Source: Candidatus Latescibacterota bacterium
GTDB lineage: Bacteria; Latescibacterota; UBA2968; UBA8231
Length of the DNA: 64,000 bases
Assembly (NCBI GenBank): GCA_965204725.1
Contig: OZ242005.1
Span: forward strand, 672,001 to 736,000
Direction of reading: 5' to 3'
Position 1 is the stretch's first letter, and each line of letters opens with the position of its first letter. Position numbers and translations under genes: made by a program. Below are positions 29,453 through 39,106 of the stretch, piece after piece. Below the pieces are notes generated by a model. That model did no database searches. It worked only from the letters and a program-made list of their open reading frames with translations, and was not told the DNA's origin.

Positions 29453-31483
29453 ATGATACGCTCGATTGCCGCCGCATTCACAGCAGCATGGTCGATCTTT
29501 GGAGTGCAAAGCGGCTACGGACAGCCGCCGAGTGAGGAGGGGAAGATATACTGGACGAACTCGGCGTCGGGCATCTATCGGTCCGGCCTAGACGGCTCCA
29601 ACGTCGAACGGATCGTCATCCCGGATTTGAGGCGTCCAGACAACATCGCTCTCGATGTAGCAGGGGGGAAGATGTACTGGACGGGTAGAGGAGGTCGTAT
29701 CTATTGTTCCAATCTCGACGGGTCCAACGTCGAAACCCTTATAGACTGGAGATGGGGAGGGAGGTCAGCAGACCTTGCCTTAGATATAGCTGAAGGTAAG
29801 ATCTACTGGATTCAGGGTTGCCTTGTGCGGGCGAACCTAGATGGCTCCAACATCGAGGAACTCTCATTCAATGGTGATTCTATTATACCGGGTATTGCTC
29901 TGGACTTAGTCAGAGGCAAAGTGTATTGGACCGATCTAGGCGCGATTGAGCGGGCGGACTTGGATGGAAAAAACCGCGAAATCGTCGTAGGAAGCTATCT
30001 CAATAATGTGGATCTTTACGATCTCGCCCTTGATGTGGATGGCGGCAAGATATACTGGACCGATAGCAAAGGTTCAATTCTACGGGCGGACTTGGATGGC
30101 GAAAACGGCGAAGAAATTCTCACGGGGCTAGCATATCCTCGTGCAAGAATCGCCCTCGATGTGGAGGGGGGCAAGATATACTGGACAGACTGGACCGCCT
30201 CGGAGAAGGGGACTTTTCATAGGGCTAATTTGGACGGAACCAATATCGAATACCTGATGGGATGGGAAAGGGCAACCGGCTTCGCTCTCGACCCAGAGGG
30301 GAGAAAAATGTACTGGACTGATGTCAAGGGAGCGACGCACCGGGCAAACATAGACGGTTCTAACATCGAACACCTCTTTGCTCCAGCATTGAGGGAGCCA
30401 TACGGCATTGCTTTGGACCCGGTCAGAGGAAAGATGTACTGGACCGACTTCGGGTTGGGTTCCATCCATCAAGCGAACTTAGATGGTTCTAACCGCAGGT
30501 CATGGATCACAGGATTAGCTCGTCCTAGGGGCATCCTGCTAGCCGGCGACAAGCTCTACTGGGCGGATTCGGGAACGGGAAAAATTCAGGCGGCGAACGT
30601 AGATGGCTCGCAGATCGAAGAAATCGTCACAGGGCTGGATAGGCTGAATGCCATCGCCTTGGACCAGGATAGGGCCAAAATCTACTGGGTAGAAGCCGCC
30701 GCCATTCAACGGTCCAACTTAGATGGCTCGCAGCTCGAAGAAATCGCAACCGTGCATTCTTCCTTGGGCATCGCCTTGGACCAAGATAGGGGCAAAATAT
30801 ACTATACGAATCTCGATACCGTCTCCCGCGCCAACTTGGACGGCTCACACATCGAAAATATCGCCATTGCTCATTATCAGCAGGCGACAGGGGGGGGGTG
30901 GAACGAAGCTATCGCCTTAGATCCCATTGGGAGAAAGATATACTGGACAGCACTGCATATCGGGCACAGCAACAGTGATCCGTTTGATAGGGATGTTCAT
31001 TCGGAAATTTTCCGATCCAACTTGGACGGCTCCAATGTCGAGCAAATCCAATCCATGCGTACAGGGTGGCTCTCGGGGCCTACCGGCATCGCCCTAACCC
31101 AGCGCGCTGTCTCAAACATCTGGCTCTCGGCCCCCACCGGCATCGCCCTATACATCCCCCACCCGACCTCGGTCTCAACGCCTAGCACCACGCCAGCGAT
31201 ACCAACCACCAGCGGCCTAGACCCCAATTTCCCCAACCCCTTCAACGCCCACACTCAGATCGCCTACCGCCTCGCCGCGCCCGGCCCGGTGCGCCTAGCA
31301 ATCTACAATGTCTTAGGCCAACCCGTGCGTGTGCTGGTAAACCAGTTCCAACCCGCCGGCTTCTACCAAATCCCTTGGGACGCCCGCGACCAACAGGGCA
31401 CTGAGGTGGCGGCTGGCGTCTATCTCACGCGCCTGCGCCACCCCGATGGAACACAGACCCGGCGGTTGCTCTATCTCAAGTAG
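29453..31483 (+). CDS. Secreted YWTD (LDL-receptor class B) beta-propeller protein with T9SS-type/FlgD-Ig C-terminal domain, paralog 1
   Basis: Signal peptide, 12 K(I/M)YWTD-like repeats, NFPNPFN...LLYLK tail; GAGGAGG RBS. Confidence 0.85.
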   Translation: MIRSIAAAFTAAWSIFGVQSGYGQPPSEEGKIYWTNSASGIYRSGLDGSNVERIVIPDLRRPDNIALDVAGGKMYWTGRGGRIYCSNLDGSNVETLIDWRWGGRSADLALDIAEGKIYWIQGCLVRANLDGSNIEELSFNGDSIIPGIALDLVRGKVYWTDLGAIERADLDGKNREIVVGSYLNNVDLYDLALDVDGGKIYWTDSKGSILRADLDGENGEEILTGLAYPRARIALDVEGGKIYWTDWTASEKGTFHRANLDGTNIEYLMGWERATGFALDPEGRKMYWTDVKGATHRANIDGSNIEHLFAPALREPYGIALDPVRGKMYWTDFGLGSIHQANLDGSNRRSWITGLARPRGILLAGDKLYWADSGTGKIQAANVDGSQIEEIVTGLDRLNAIALDQDRAKIYWVEAAAIQRSNLDGSQLEEIATVHSSLGIALDQDRGKIYYTNLDTVSRANLDGSHIENIAIAHYQQATGGGWNEAIALDPIGRKIYWTALHIGHSNSDPFDRDVHSEIFRSNLDGSNVEQIQSMRTGWLSGPTGIALTQRAVSNIWLSAPTGIALYIPHPTSVSTPSTTPAIPTTSGLDPNFPNPFNAHTQIAYRLAAPGPVRLAIYNVLGQPVRVLVNQFQPAGFYQIPWDARDQQGTEVAAGVYLTRLRHPDGTQTRRLLYLK

Positions 31484-31499
31484 CCAGCCGAAAGCGACG

Positions 31500-31548
31500 C
31501 CTATTTCTTGCCGATCTAATATCTGATGTTAAATTTGCAAGAAATAGG
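31500..31548. promoter_or_regulatory. 49-bp imperfect palindrome (operator or hairpin) upstream of AAA ATPase gene
   Basis: cctatttcttgccgatctaatatc-t-gatgttaaatttgcaagaaatagg, 20/24 arm match. Confidence 0.5.
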
Positions 31549-31559
31549 TCTCGCATAAT

Positions 31560-32789
31560 ATGCCCTATCTCAAGCGCCATTTGACGCAAACCATCCTCCG
31601 AGCCGCGGCAACCTTTCCCGCCGTGCTGATCACCGGCGCGCGGCAGACGGGTAAAACCACCCTGCTGCGCCGAGAATTCGGTGCTTCCCATCGCTACCTC
31701 TCGCTCGAACGCCCCGACATCCGGGCGCGTGCCCAAGCCGATCCAGTCGCCTTCCTCGCCGAGGCCGCCCCGCCAGCGATCCTCGACGAGATCCAGTACG
31801 CGCCGGACCTGCTCCACTACATCAAGGAGGATATCGACGCCAACCGCTTTCCCGGCCGCTGGCTCCTAACCGGCTCGCAGCACTTCGCGCTCATGGACGG
31901 CCTCAGCCAAACCCTCTCGGGGCGCGTCGCTGTCCTGACCTTGGACCCGCTCTCCACAGCCGAAGTCGAACAACAACCCGCGCCGTCCAATATGGATGTC
32001 CTGCTGGACAAGGTGTTCGGCGTCTCCGCGGACAAGGACCAACCATCGCGGTCGATCCATCTCGCAGACTGGCTCTTGCGCGGCGGCTTTCCCGAGCCGC
32101 GGGTCAACCCGCAGGTAGATCGACAACTCTGGTTTGGCAGCTATGTCCAAACCTACCTCGAACGCAACGTGCGCAACCTAGCCCAGATCGCCGACTTGGG
32201 CGCTTTTACCCGCTTCCTCATGATCGTTGGCGCCCGCACCGGCACCACGCTCAACATGACCGAACTCAGCCGCGAAGTCGGCGTCAGCAACCCGACGATC
32301 AAGCGCTGGCTTTCCGTGCTGGAGACCAGCCAGATCATTTACCTACTACCCCCCTACTACCGCAACTTGGGCAAACGCCTACGCAAAAGCCCCAAGCTCT
32401 ACCTGATTGACTCTGGCTTGGCGACTTTCTTCCTCGGCCTCCACACACCCGAATCGGTGATCCAAGGCCCCAGTCTAGGGGCACTCGTAGAAACGGCCGT
32501 CGTGGGCGAGTGGCTAAAAACCTGTCGGCAACAGGGCGAAAAACCGAACCTGTACTATTGGCAATCGAACACCATCGCCGAAGTCGATCTCGTCATTGAG
32601 CGCGGCGGAGTACTCTACGGCATCGAGGTCAAGGCTACGGCCACTCCCACGCCAAACCACGCTGCGGGCCTCGCACGCTGGCTCAGTCTCGTCGGCTCGC
32701 AAGCACACGGCGTCCTAGCCTGCCGCGTCGATGCGCCCCACGCTTTGCGACCGGGCATTCGCGCCGTTCCTTGGCACCTTGCTTGGTAG
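31560..32789 (+). CDS. AAA_14 ATPase with DUF4143 / PD-(D/E)xK-like C-terminus
   Basis: ITGARQTGKTT, ILDEIQ, LTGS, GGFPE, KSPKLYLIDSGL, EVDLV..GIEVK. Confidence 0.9.
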   Translation: MPYLKRHLTQTILRAAATFPAVLITGARQTGKTTLLRREFGASHRYLSLERPDIRARAQADPVAFLAEAAPPAILDEIQYAPDLLHYIKEDIDANRFPGRWLLTGSQHFALMDGLSQTLSGRVAVLTLDPLSTAEVEQQPAPSNMDVLLDKVFGVSADKDQPSRSIHLADWLLRGGFPEPRVNPQVDRQLWFGSYVQTYLERNVRNLAQIADLGAFTRFLMIVGARTGTTLNMTELSREVGVSNPTIKRWLSVLETSQIIYLLPPYYRNLGKRLRKSPKLYLIDSGLATFFLGLHTPESVIQGPSLGALVETAVVGEWLKTCRQQGEKPNLYYWQSNTIAEVDLVIERGGVLYGIEVKATATPTPNHAAGLARWLSLVGSQAHGVLACRVDAPHALRPGIRAVPWHLAW

Positions 32790-32901
32790 CTCTTCTTCCT
32801 TGACAGCACCTCTGTAAGGGCTTCTTATCGTGTTGGTGGGCAAAGAGGCCAAGCAGCATCTCAGTTGACGCGCTGAACGCCCTATTGCGAGGAGGTATCC
32901 G

Positions 32902-34977
32902 ATGATACGCTCGATTGCCGCCGCATTCACAGCAGCATGGTTGATCTTTGGAGCGCAAAGCGGCTACGGACAGCCGCCGCTTGAAGAGGGCAAGATATAC
33001 TGGACAGCCTCGGCGTCGGGCATCCACCGCTCTAGCTTGGATGGCTCCAATGTCGAACGGCTCGTCACTCCAGATTTGAGGGCGCCAGACAAGATCGCTC
33101 TCGATGTAGCAGGGGGGAAGATATACTGGACGGACATAGAGATGGCTGGCATCCATCGGTCCGACCTAGACGGCTCCAACACCGAAACTCTCGTGGAAGG
33201 ATATAACCTCTCAAGATCAAGATGGTTCTGGACAATAGACATCACTCTGGATGTAGCAAGAGGCAAAATATACTGGACGACGGAAATCTCACACGGGGAC
33301 TATCTTTCTTTTCTTGTCGAACGGTCCGATCTAGACGGCTCCAACGTCGAAATCCTCTTTGACGGATTGAATGGTATAGGAGACAGTGCTCTGGATCTGG
33401 TCAGAGGCAAAGTGTACTGGACGAACGGATATATCTTTTGGGCCGATCTCGGCGGCCATGATTATGATGCAAAATTTATCCCATCAAGTGCTTCTACAAG
33501 TGCTTATAGCATTGCCCTCGATGTGGACAGCGGCAAAATGTACTGGACTAATCCGGGCGCTCAGACAATCCAGCGAGCCGACCTCAACGGCCAAAACATC
33601 GAAGAGACCCTCACGGTATCAGATGGCTATCCCCAAGAAATCATCCTCCTCGATGTGGACGGTGGCAAACTATACTGGACCAATCCGGGCACTCAGACGA
33701 TTCAGCGGGCTGGCCTCAACGGCCAAAACGCCGAACACTTCTTCGACTTAGGCCAACTCCATCTCACGGGATCGCTAGCAGACATCGCCCTCGATTTAGA
33801 CGGGGGCAAGATATATTGGACGGACTCTGAGACAGGGGATCGGAGCGACTGGGCGACAGGGACGATTCAGCGAGCGGACTTGGATGGCCAAAACCGCGAA
33901 GTCCTATTCGATCCAATCGTGCGAAGACCACACGGCATTGCCCTCGATGTGGACAAAATGTACTGGAGCGACTCGAAATCGGGTTCCATCCAACGGGCTA
34001 ACCTCGATGGCTCAGGCATGGAAGTTCTCGTAACCGGATTGGATGAGCCGATGGGCATTGCCTTGACAGCCGGGCGCAAAATCTATTGGGCTGACTCGGG
34101 AACAGGGAAAATTCAGGCGGCAAACAGGGATGGCTCCAACGTCAAAGATATCCTTACAGGTTTGAGCTATCCCCGAGATATTGCCCTTGATGCAGTCCGG
34201 GGCAAGATGTACTGGAGGGAGTTCTACTTCAAAGAAAGGGTGGAGCACACCATTCAGCGAGCGGACTTGGATGGGTCCAATGTCGAAGCAGTCGTCCCGA
34301 AGTTGGCTTCAACTAGCTACGGGGGAGACGTCGCTCTCGATGAACTAGCGGGTAAGCTCTACTGGATATACCCAGATGGTAAAGCGATTCAACGAGCGGA
34401 CTTAGATGGGTCCAACATCGAAGATATCGCCACTATTCCTCAAGGTGCGTGGAATTACTACACAGCCTTCGCTCTGGACCCAATCGGAAACAAACTATAC
34501 TGGTCAATCTTGTACGAAACAAATAAGGTAGGAGGATGGGGTGTCATGGTATGGGCGGAAGAAATCTTCCGGTCCAACTTGGACGGCTCCAACGTTGAGC
34601 AAATAGGGAAAGTGCCTATAGGGAGTCCAACGGACATCGCCCTATACATCCCCCACCCGACCTCAATCTCAACGCCCAGCACCACGCCGGCGATACCAAC
34701 CACCAGCGGCCTAGACCCTAATTTCCCCAACCCCTTCAACGCCCACACCCAGATCGCCTACCGCCTCGCCGCGCCCGGTCCGGTGCGCCTAGCAATCTAC
34801 AACGTCTTAGGCCAGCCCGTGCGTGTGCTAGTGAACCAGTTCCAGCCTGCCGGTTTCTACCAAGTCCCTTGGGACGCCCGCGACCAACAGGGCACTGCGC
34901 TGGCGGTCGGTGTCTATCTCACGCGCCTGCGCCACCCCGATGGAACGCAGACCCGGCGATTGCTCTATCTCAAGTAG
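32902..34977 (+). CDS. YWTD beta-propeller protein with T9SS-type CTD, paralog 2
   Basis: 12 YWTD-like repeats; N-terminus and CTD near-identical to paralog 1. Confidence 0.85.
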   Translation: MIRSIAAAFTAAWLIFGAQSGYGQPPLEEGKIYWTASASGIHRSSLDGSNVERLVTPDLRAPDKIALDVAGGKIYWTDIEMAGIHRSDLDGSNTETLVEGYNLSRSRWFWTIDITLDVARGKIYWTTEISHGDYLSFLVERSDLDGSNVEILFDGLNGIGDSALDLVRGKVYWTNGYIFWADLGGHDYDAKFIPSSASTSAYSIALDVDSGKMYWTNPGAQTIQRADLNGQNIEETLTVSDGYPQEIILLDVDGGKLYWTNPGTQTIQRAGLNGQNAEHFFDLGQLHLTGSLADIALDLDGGKIYWTDSETGDRSDWATGTIQRADLDGQNREVLFDPIVRRPHGIALDVDKMYWSDSKSGSIQRANLDGSGMEVLVTGLDEPMGIALTAGRKIYWADSGTGKIQAANRDGSNVKDILTGLSYPRDIALDAVRGKMYWREFYFKERVEHTIQRADLDGSNVEAVVPKLASTSYGGDVALDELAGKLYWIYPDGKAIQRADLDGSNIEDIATIPQGAWNYYTAFALDPIGNKLYWSILYETNKVGGWGVMVWAEEIFRSNLDGSNVEQIGKVPIGSPTDIALYIPHPTSISTPSTTPAIPTTSGLDPNFPNPFNAHTQIAYRLAAPGPVRLAIYNVLGQPVRVLVNQFQPAGFYQVPWDARDQQGTALAVGVYLTRLRHPDGTQTRRLLYLK

Positions 34978-35031
34978 CCAGCCGAAAGCCTCAGTTGACG
35001 CGCTGAATGGCCTGTTGCGAGGAGGTATCCG

Positions 35032-37083
35032 ATGATACGCTCAATTGCCAACCGGAAAGCAATTGCCGCCGCATTCACAGCGGCATGGTTGATCTTGGGA
35101 GCGCAAAGCGGCTACGGACAGCCGCCGCTTGAGGAGGGGAAGATATACTGGACGAACTCGGAGTGGGGCATCTATCGATCTAGCTTGGATGGCTCAACTG
35201 TCGAACCGCTCGTCATCCCGGATTTGAGGGGGCCAGGAAAAATCGCTCTCGATGTAGCAGGGGGGAAGATATACTGGACGGACAGAGAGTTGGATGGCAT
35301 CCATCGGTCCGACCTAGATGGCTCCAACACCGAAACCCTTGTGGAAGGATATGGCCCCCCAGGATGGGCTTGGATAATAGACATCACTCTGGATGTAGCA
35401 AGAGGGAAAATATACTGGACGACGGAAATCTCACACGGGGACTATAATTCTTTTCTCGTCGAACGGTCCGATCTAGACGGCTCCAACGCCGAAACCCTCT
35501 TTTCTGAATTGAATGGTATAAGAGATAGTGCCCTAGATCTGGTCAGAGGCAAAGTGTACTGGGCGTGGACAGTCGGAACTATTGCTTGGGCCGATTTCGG
35601 CGGCCATTTTCAGGATGCAAAATATATCCCATCAAGTGCTTCTAGTATTGCCCTCGACGTGGACGGTGGCAAAATGTACTGGACCAATCCAGACACCCAG
35701 ACAATCCAGCGAGCCGATCTCAACGGCCAAAACATCGAAGAGACCCTCACGGTATCAGATGGCTATCCCGAAGAAATCATCCTCCTTGATGTGGACAGCG
35801 GCAAAATGTACTGGACCAATCCGGGCACTCAGGCGATTCAGCGGGCCGACCTCAACGGCCAAAACGCCGAACACTTCTTCGACTTAGGCCAACTCCATCT
35901 TACAGGACAGCTAGCAGACATCGCCCTCGATTTAGACGGAGGCAAGGTATATTGGACGGACTCTGAGACAGAGCAGAACGACTGGGGGACAGGGACGATT
36001 CAGCGGGCGGACTTGGACGGCCAAAACCGCGAGGTTTTGTTCGACCCAATCGTGAGAAGACCATACGGCATTGCCCTCGATGTGGACAAAATGTACTGGA
36101 GCGACTCGATAGCGGGTTCCATCCAACGGGCCAACCTCGACGGCTCAAGCATGGAAGTTCTCGTCACCGGATTGGATGAGCCGACAGGCATTGCCTTGAC
36201 AGCCGGGAACAAAATCTACTGGGCCGACTCGGGAACAGGGAAAATTCAGGCGGCGGACTTGGACGGTTCACAGGTCGAGGATATCGTCACCGGATTGGAT
36301 CGTCCATGCGCCATCGCCTTAGACCGGGGCCGTTCTAAAATTTATTGGTCGGAATGGGAGACGATTCAACGGGCCAACCTCAATGGCTCGCAGGTCGAAG
36401 AAATCGCATCAGTGGACAGCTGGCCCCCTCTAGCGGCTATCGCCTTGGACGAGGATAGTTCCAAAATTTACTGGTCGGACGAATCCGTCATTTTCCGCGC
36501 CAACTTGGATGGCTCACATACCGAAAGGTTCAATGTCCTTGATTGGACACATTCGATAAAAGCCCTCGCCTTATATCCCGTTGGAAGAAGGATATACTGG
36601 ACGAGCTTGTTCCGGCCGCCCTCCATCGATTGGAATGCTCCTGCACCAGTGTATTCGCAAATTTTCCGCTCTAACTTGGATGGTTCCAATGTCGAGCGAA
36701 TCCAATCCATGAATACATGGTGGCACTGGGGCCCCACCGGCATCGCCCTATACATCCCCCACCCAACCTCGATCTCAACGCCCAGCACCACGCCAGCGAT
36801 ACCAACCACCAGCGGCCTAGACCCCAATTTCCCCAACCCCTTCAACGCCCACACCCAGATCGCCTACCGCCTCGCCACCCCCGGCCCGGTGCGCCTAGCA
36901 ATCTACAACGTCTTGGGCCAACCCGTGCGTGTGCTGGTAAACCAGTTCCAGCCCGCCGGCTTCTACCAAGTCCCTTGGGACGCCCGCGACCAACAGGGCA
37001 CTGCGCTGGCGGCCGGCGTCTATCTCACGCGCCTGCGCTATCCCGATGGAGCGCAGACCCGGCGGTTGCTCTATCTCAAGTAG
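35032..37083 (+). CDS. YWTD beta-propeller protein with T9SS-type CTD, paralog 3
   Basis: 12 YWTD-like repeats; shared N-terminus and CTD. Confidence 0.85.
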   Translation: MIRSIANRKAIAAAFTAAWLILGAQSGYGQPPLEEGKIYWTNSEWGIYRSSLDGSTVEPLVIPDLRGPGKIALDVAGGKIYWTDRELDGIHRSDLDGSNTETLVEGYGPPGWAWIIDITLDVARGKIYWTTEISHGDYNSFLVERSDLDGSNAETLFSELNGIRDSALDLVRGKVYWAWTVGTIAWADFGGHFQDAKYIPSSASSIALDVDGGKMYWTNPDTQTIQRADLNGQNIEETLTVSDGYPEEIILLDVDSGKMYWTNPGTQAIQRADLNGQNAEHFFDLGQLHLTGQLADIALDLDGGKVYWTDSETEQNDWGTGTIQRADLDGQNREVLFDPIVRRPYGIALDVDKMYWSDSIAGSIQRANLDGSSMEVLVTGLDEPTGIALTAGNKIYWADSGTGKIQAADLDGSQVEDIVTGLDRPCAIALDRGRSKIYWSEWETIQRANLNGSQVEEIASVDSWPPLAAIALDEDSSKIYWSDESVIFRANLDGSHTERFNVLDWTHSIKALALYPVGRRIYWTSLFRPPSIDWNAPAPVYSQIFRSNLDGSNVERIQSMNTWWHWGPTGIALYIPHPTSISTPSTTPAIPTTSGLDPNFPNPFNAHTQIAYRLATPGPVRLAIYNVLGQPVRVLVNQFQPAGFYQVPWDARDQQGTALAAGVYLTRLRYPDGAQTRRLLYLK

Positions 37084-37107
37084 CCAGCCGAAAGCGACGC
37101 CTTCTCT

Positions 37108-37181
37108 GCTGTTGCCGCTGCGTCCGGGATCGAGGGCGTCCCGCCCTCGACGAGGGCAAGATGCCCTCGACCATTTGGAAG
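37108..37181. repeat. REP-like dispersed repeat, copy B
   Basis: Reverse complement of 8811-8883. Confidence 0.8.
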
Positions 37182-37188
37182 ATTGACC

Positions 37189-37350
37189 GCTGCGCCGAGA
37201 ATTCGGCCCTTCCCATCGCTACCTCTCGCTCGAACGCCCCGATGTCCGGGCGCGTGCCCACGCTTTGCGACCGGGCATTCGCGCCGTCCCTTGGCACCTT
37301 ACTTGGTAGCTCTCCTCCCTTGACAGCACCTTCGTAAAGACTTCTTATCG
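37189..37350 (+). pseudogene. Internally deleted relic of the AAA_14/DUF4143 gene plus its downstream spacer
   Basis: Matches ~31664-31735 joined at CCCA to ~32737-32830. Confidence 0.85.
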
Positions 37351-37400
37351 TTCTGCTCCGTACGCACTGCCGCGGCGGAGAACAGCAAGGAGCACGAGCA

Positions 37401-38201
37401 ATGGAACGAGCAATGACCGAGCGCGAGATCGAGGCCGTCCTGCGGGAGGTTACAGACGAGGAGGTCACCTTCTACCACGAATACGGCTGGGTTATGATGC
37501 CGCGGCTCGTCGCTCCAGAGTTCGCCGCCGAGCTCCTGCGCGTCGGACGGGAGTGGGCCGAGCGCAACCGCGAGGAGATTGGCCCCGGCAAGCCGGTCGC
37601 CGGCCTCGCTCGGAACCAAGAGACCGAACCGTTTCGTTCATTCATGTTCAGCGAGCGCATGGCGCAAAACGCGACCCGCCTCGTCAACAGAAAGCGGCTC
37701 AAGGGCGTGGATGTTCCGCTCCGCTACCGCATAGATCTCCTCCTAAACAGGCGTCCCGGAGCAGCCGGGTCCACCTATCACCAAGACTCGTCCGAGCATG
37801 GCTCCGACCGGGTCGGCGAGCTCCAGTTCTGGCTCGCGCTGGCAGAAGTCCCCCCCGAGAGGGGTGCCATGCGGTTCGTCAGCCGCTCCCACCGCGAAGG
37901 GCCGCTCGGCTCGGTGTTCAACGACGACCAAGGCGATCTGCTCAAGCAGTTCCCGAATCTTACGTCCGTGCTCGAACTCTCGCCGCCCTTGCACTACCAA
38001 CCGGGCGACTGCACTGTGCATCACGGCTACACCGTCCACGGAGGCCCGGCCAACACCACCGACGAGCCGCGCTGGTCGTACCTGTTCTCGTACAGCCCGG
38101 CCGACACCCGCTACTGGAACGGCAGCGCCAGCAACTGGGGCAGCGAGCGAAAGCGCTTGGGCGACTCGCACAATCCCATCGTATCCGAGGCCAGCCCATG
38201 A
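37401..38201 (+). CDS. Phytanoyl-CoA dioxygenase (PhyH) family Fe(II)/2OG oxygenase
   Basis: YHEYGW, YHQD, FWLAL, GAMRFV, GDCTVHHGYTVHGG..N...R. Confidence 0.88.
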   Translation: MERAMTEREIEAVLREVTDEEVTFYHEYGWVMMPRLVAPEFAAELLRVGREWAERNREEIGPGKPVAGLARNQETEPFRSFMFSERMAQNATRLVNRKRLKGVDVPLRYRIDLLLNRRPGAAGSTYHQDSSEHGSDRVGELQFWLALAEVPPERGAMRFVSRSHREGPLGSVFNDDQGDLLKQFPNLTSVLELSPPLHYQPGDCTVHHGYTVHGGPANTTDEPRWSYLFSYSPADTRYWNGSASNWGSERKRLGDSHNPIVSEASP

Positions 38202-38923
38202 ACCTCAAAGGGCACATCGCGGTCGTCACCGGCGCCAGCCGCGGCATCGGGCGGGCCATCGCAGACGCGCTAAAGGCGCACGGCCTAGCCGTTGCAACCG
38301 TCGCACGTCGCTCGGCGCAATTTGCGGCCGATGTCTCGGACCCGGCCGATGTGGACCGCCTCAAAACCGCGGTCGAAGCCGAGCTCGGCCGGCCCACTGT
38401 TCTCGTCAATGCCGCCGGGGTCTTCGGCCCGATCTCCCTCGTACAGGACAGCGACCCCGCCAAATGGGTCGAAACGCTTATGATTGATGCGGTAGGCCCC
38501 TATCTCGTATCCCGCGCCTTCCTAAGCGGCATGCTGGACGCAGGATGGGGCCGGATCGTCAGCCTTTCGTCTGCGGCGTCGCTGCACCCGCCCGGACCGC
38601 TAAACAGTGCCTACGGCACGGCCAAGGTCGCGCTCAACCAATTCACCCGACACCTTGCGGCCGAGCTAGCGGGGACGGGCGTCACCGCCAACGTCATCCA
38701 TCCCGGCGACGTCAAGACCGCAATGTGGGCAGATATTCGCGACAAAAAGGACGCCATCGGCGAAAGCGGCTACGACCGCTGGGTGGCGTGGGTGGAGAAA
38801 ACAGGTGGGGACCCGCCGGAGAAGGCGGCCCAACTCGTGCTCGACATCCTCGCAAGCGACATCAACGGACGCTTTCTCTGGATCGACGATCCGCTTCAGA
38901 CGCCGATCCCGAGCTGGGATTAG
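38198..38923 (+). CDS. Short-chain dehydrogenase/reductase
   Basis: TGASRGIG, VNAAG, YGTAK; start at ATGA overlap with phyH (track ORF from 37553 over-extended). Confidence 0.88.
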   Translation: MNLKGHIAVVTGASRGIGRAIADALKAHGLAVATVARRSAQFAADVSDPADVDRLKTAVEAELGRPTVLVNAAGVFGPISLVQDSDPAKWVETLMIDAVGPYLVSRAFLSGMLDAGWGRIVSLSSAASLHPPGPLNSAYGTAKVALNQFTRHLAAELAGTGVTANVIHPGDVKTAMWADIRDKKDAIGESGYDRWVAWVEKTGGDPPEKAAQLVLDILASDINGRFLWIDDPLQTPIPSWD

Positions 38924-38947
38924 GACAGCGTAAGTAGGAGCAGTGCG

Positions 38948-39095
38948 GATCGATCTCAGAGGCTGTCTGAAAACCCACCTTGGGGCCTGTTGAACACGCC
39001 GTAGAGACAGGATCCGTCATTCCCGCGCAAGAACGTCACCCCGTGCCCCGACACGGGGCGGGAATCCAGCCGGGATCGTTTAGACGCAAAGGACG
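38948..39095. repeat. Composite MITE/REP element copy 1 (GTCATTCCCGCG..GCGGGAATCCA hairpin with nested insertion)
   Basis: About 80 bp shared with 59734-59813; left end gatcgatctcagaggctgtctgaaaa. Confidence 0.7.
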
Positions 39096-39106
39096 ACCAC
39101 CAGAAC

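Noticed and set aside
32800-32831. Sigma70 promoter for YWTD paralog 2 (TTGACA, also at 37320)
   Set aside because: Best -10 candidate lies at 20-bp spacing, so it is not supportable.
32902-37083. DGR-type mutagenesis between YWTD paralogs
   Set aside because: Differences include indels and non-adenine changes; better explained by duplication and recombination.
37553-38197. N-terminal extension making a 456-aa SDR fusion
   Set aside because: It is an alternative frame of the phyH gene; the SDR starts at 38198 with an ATGA overlap.
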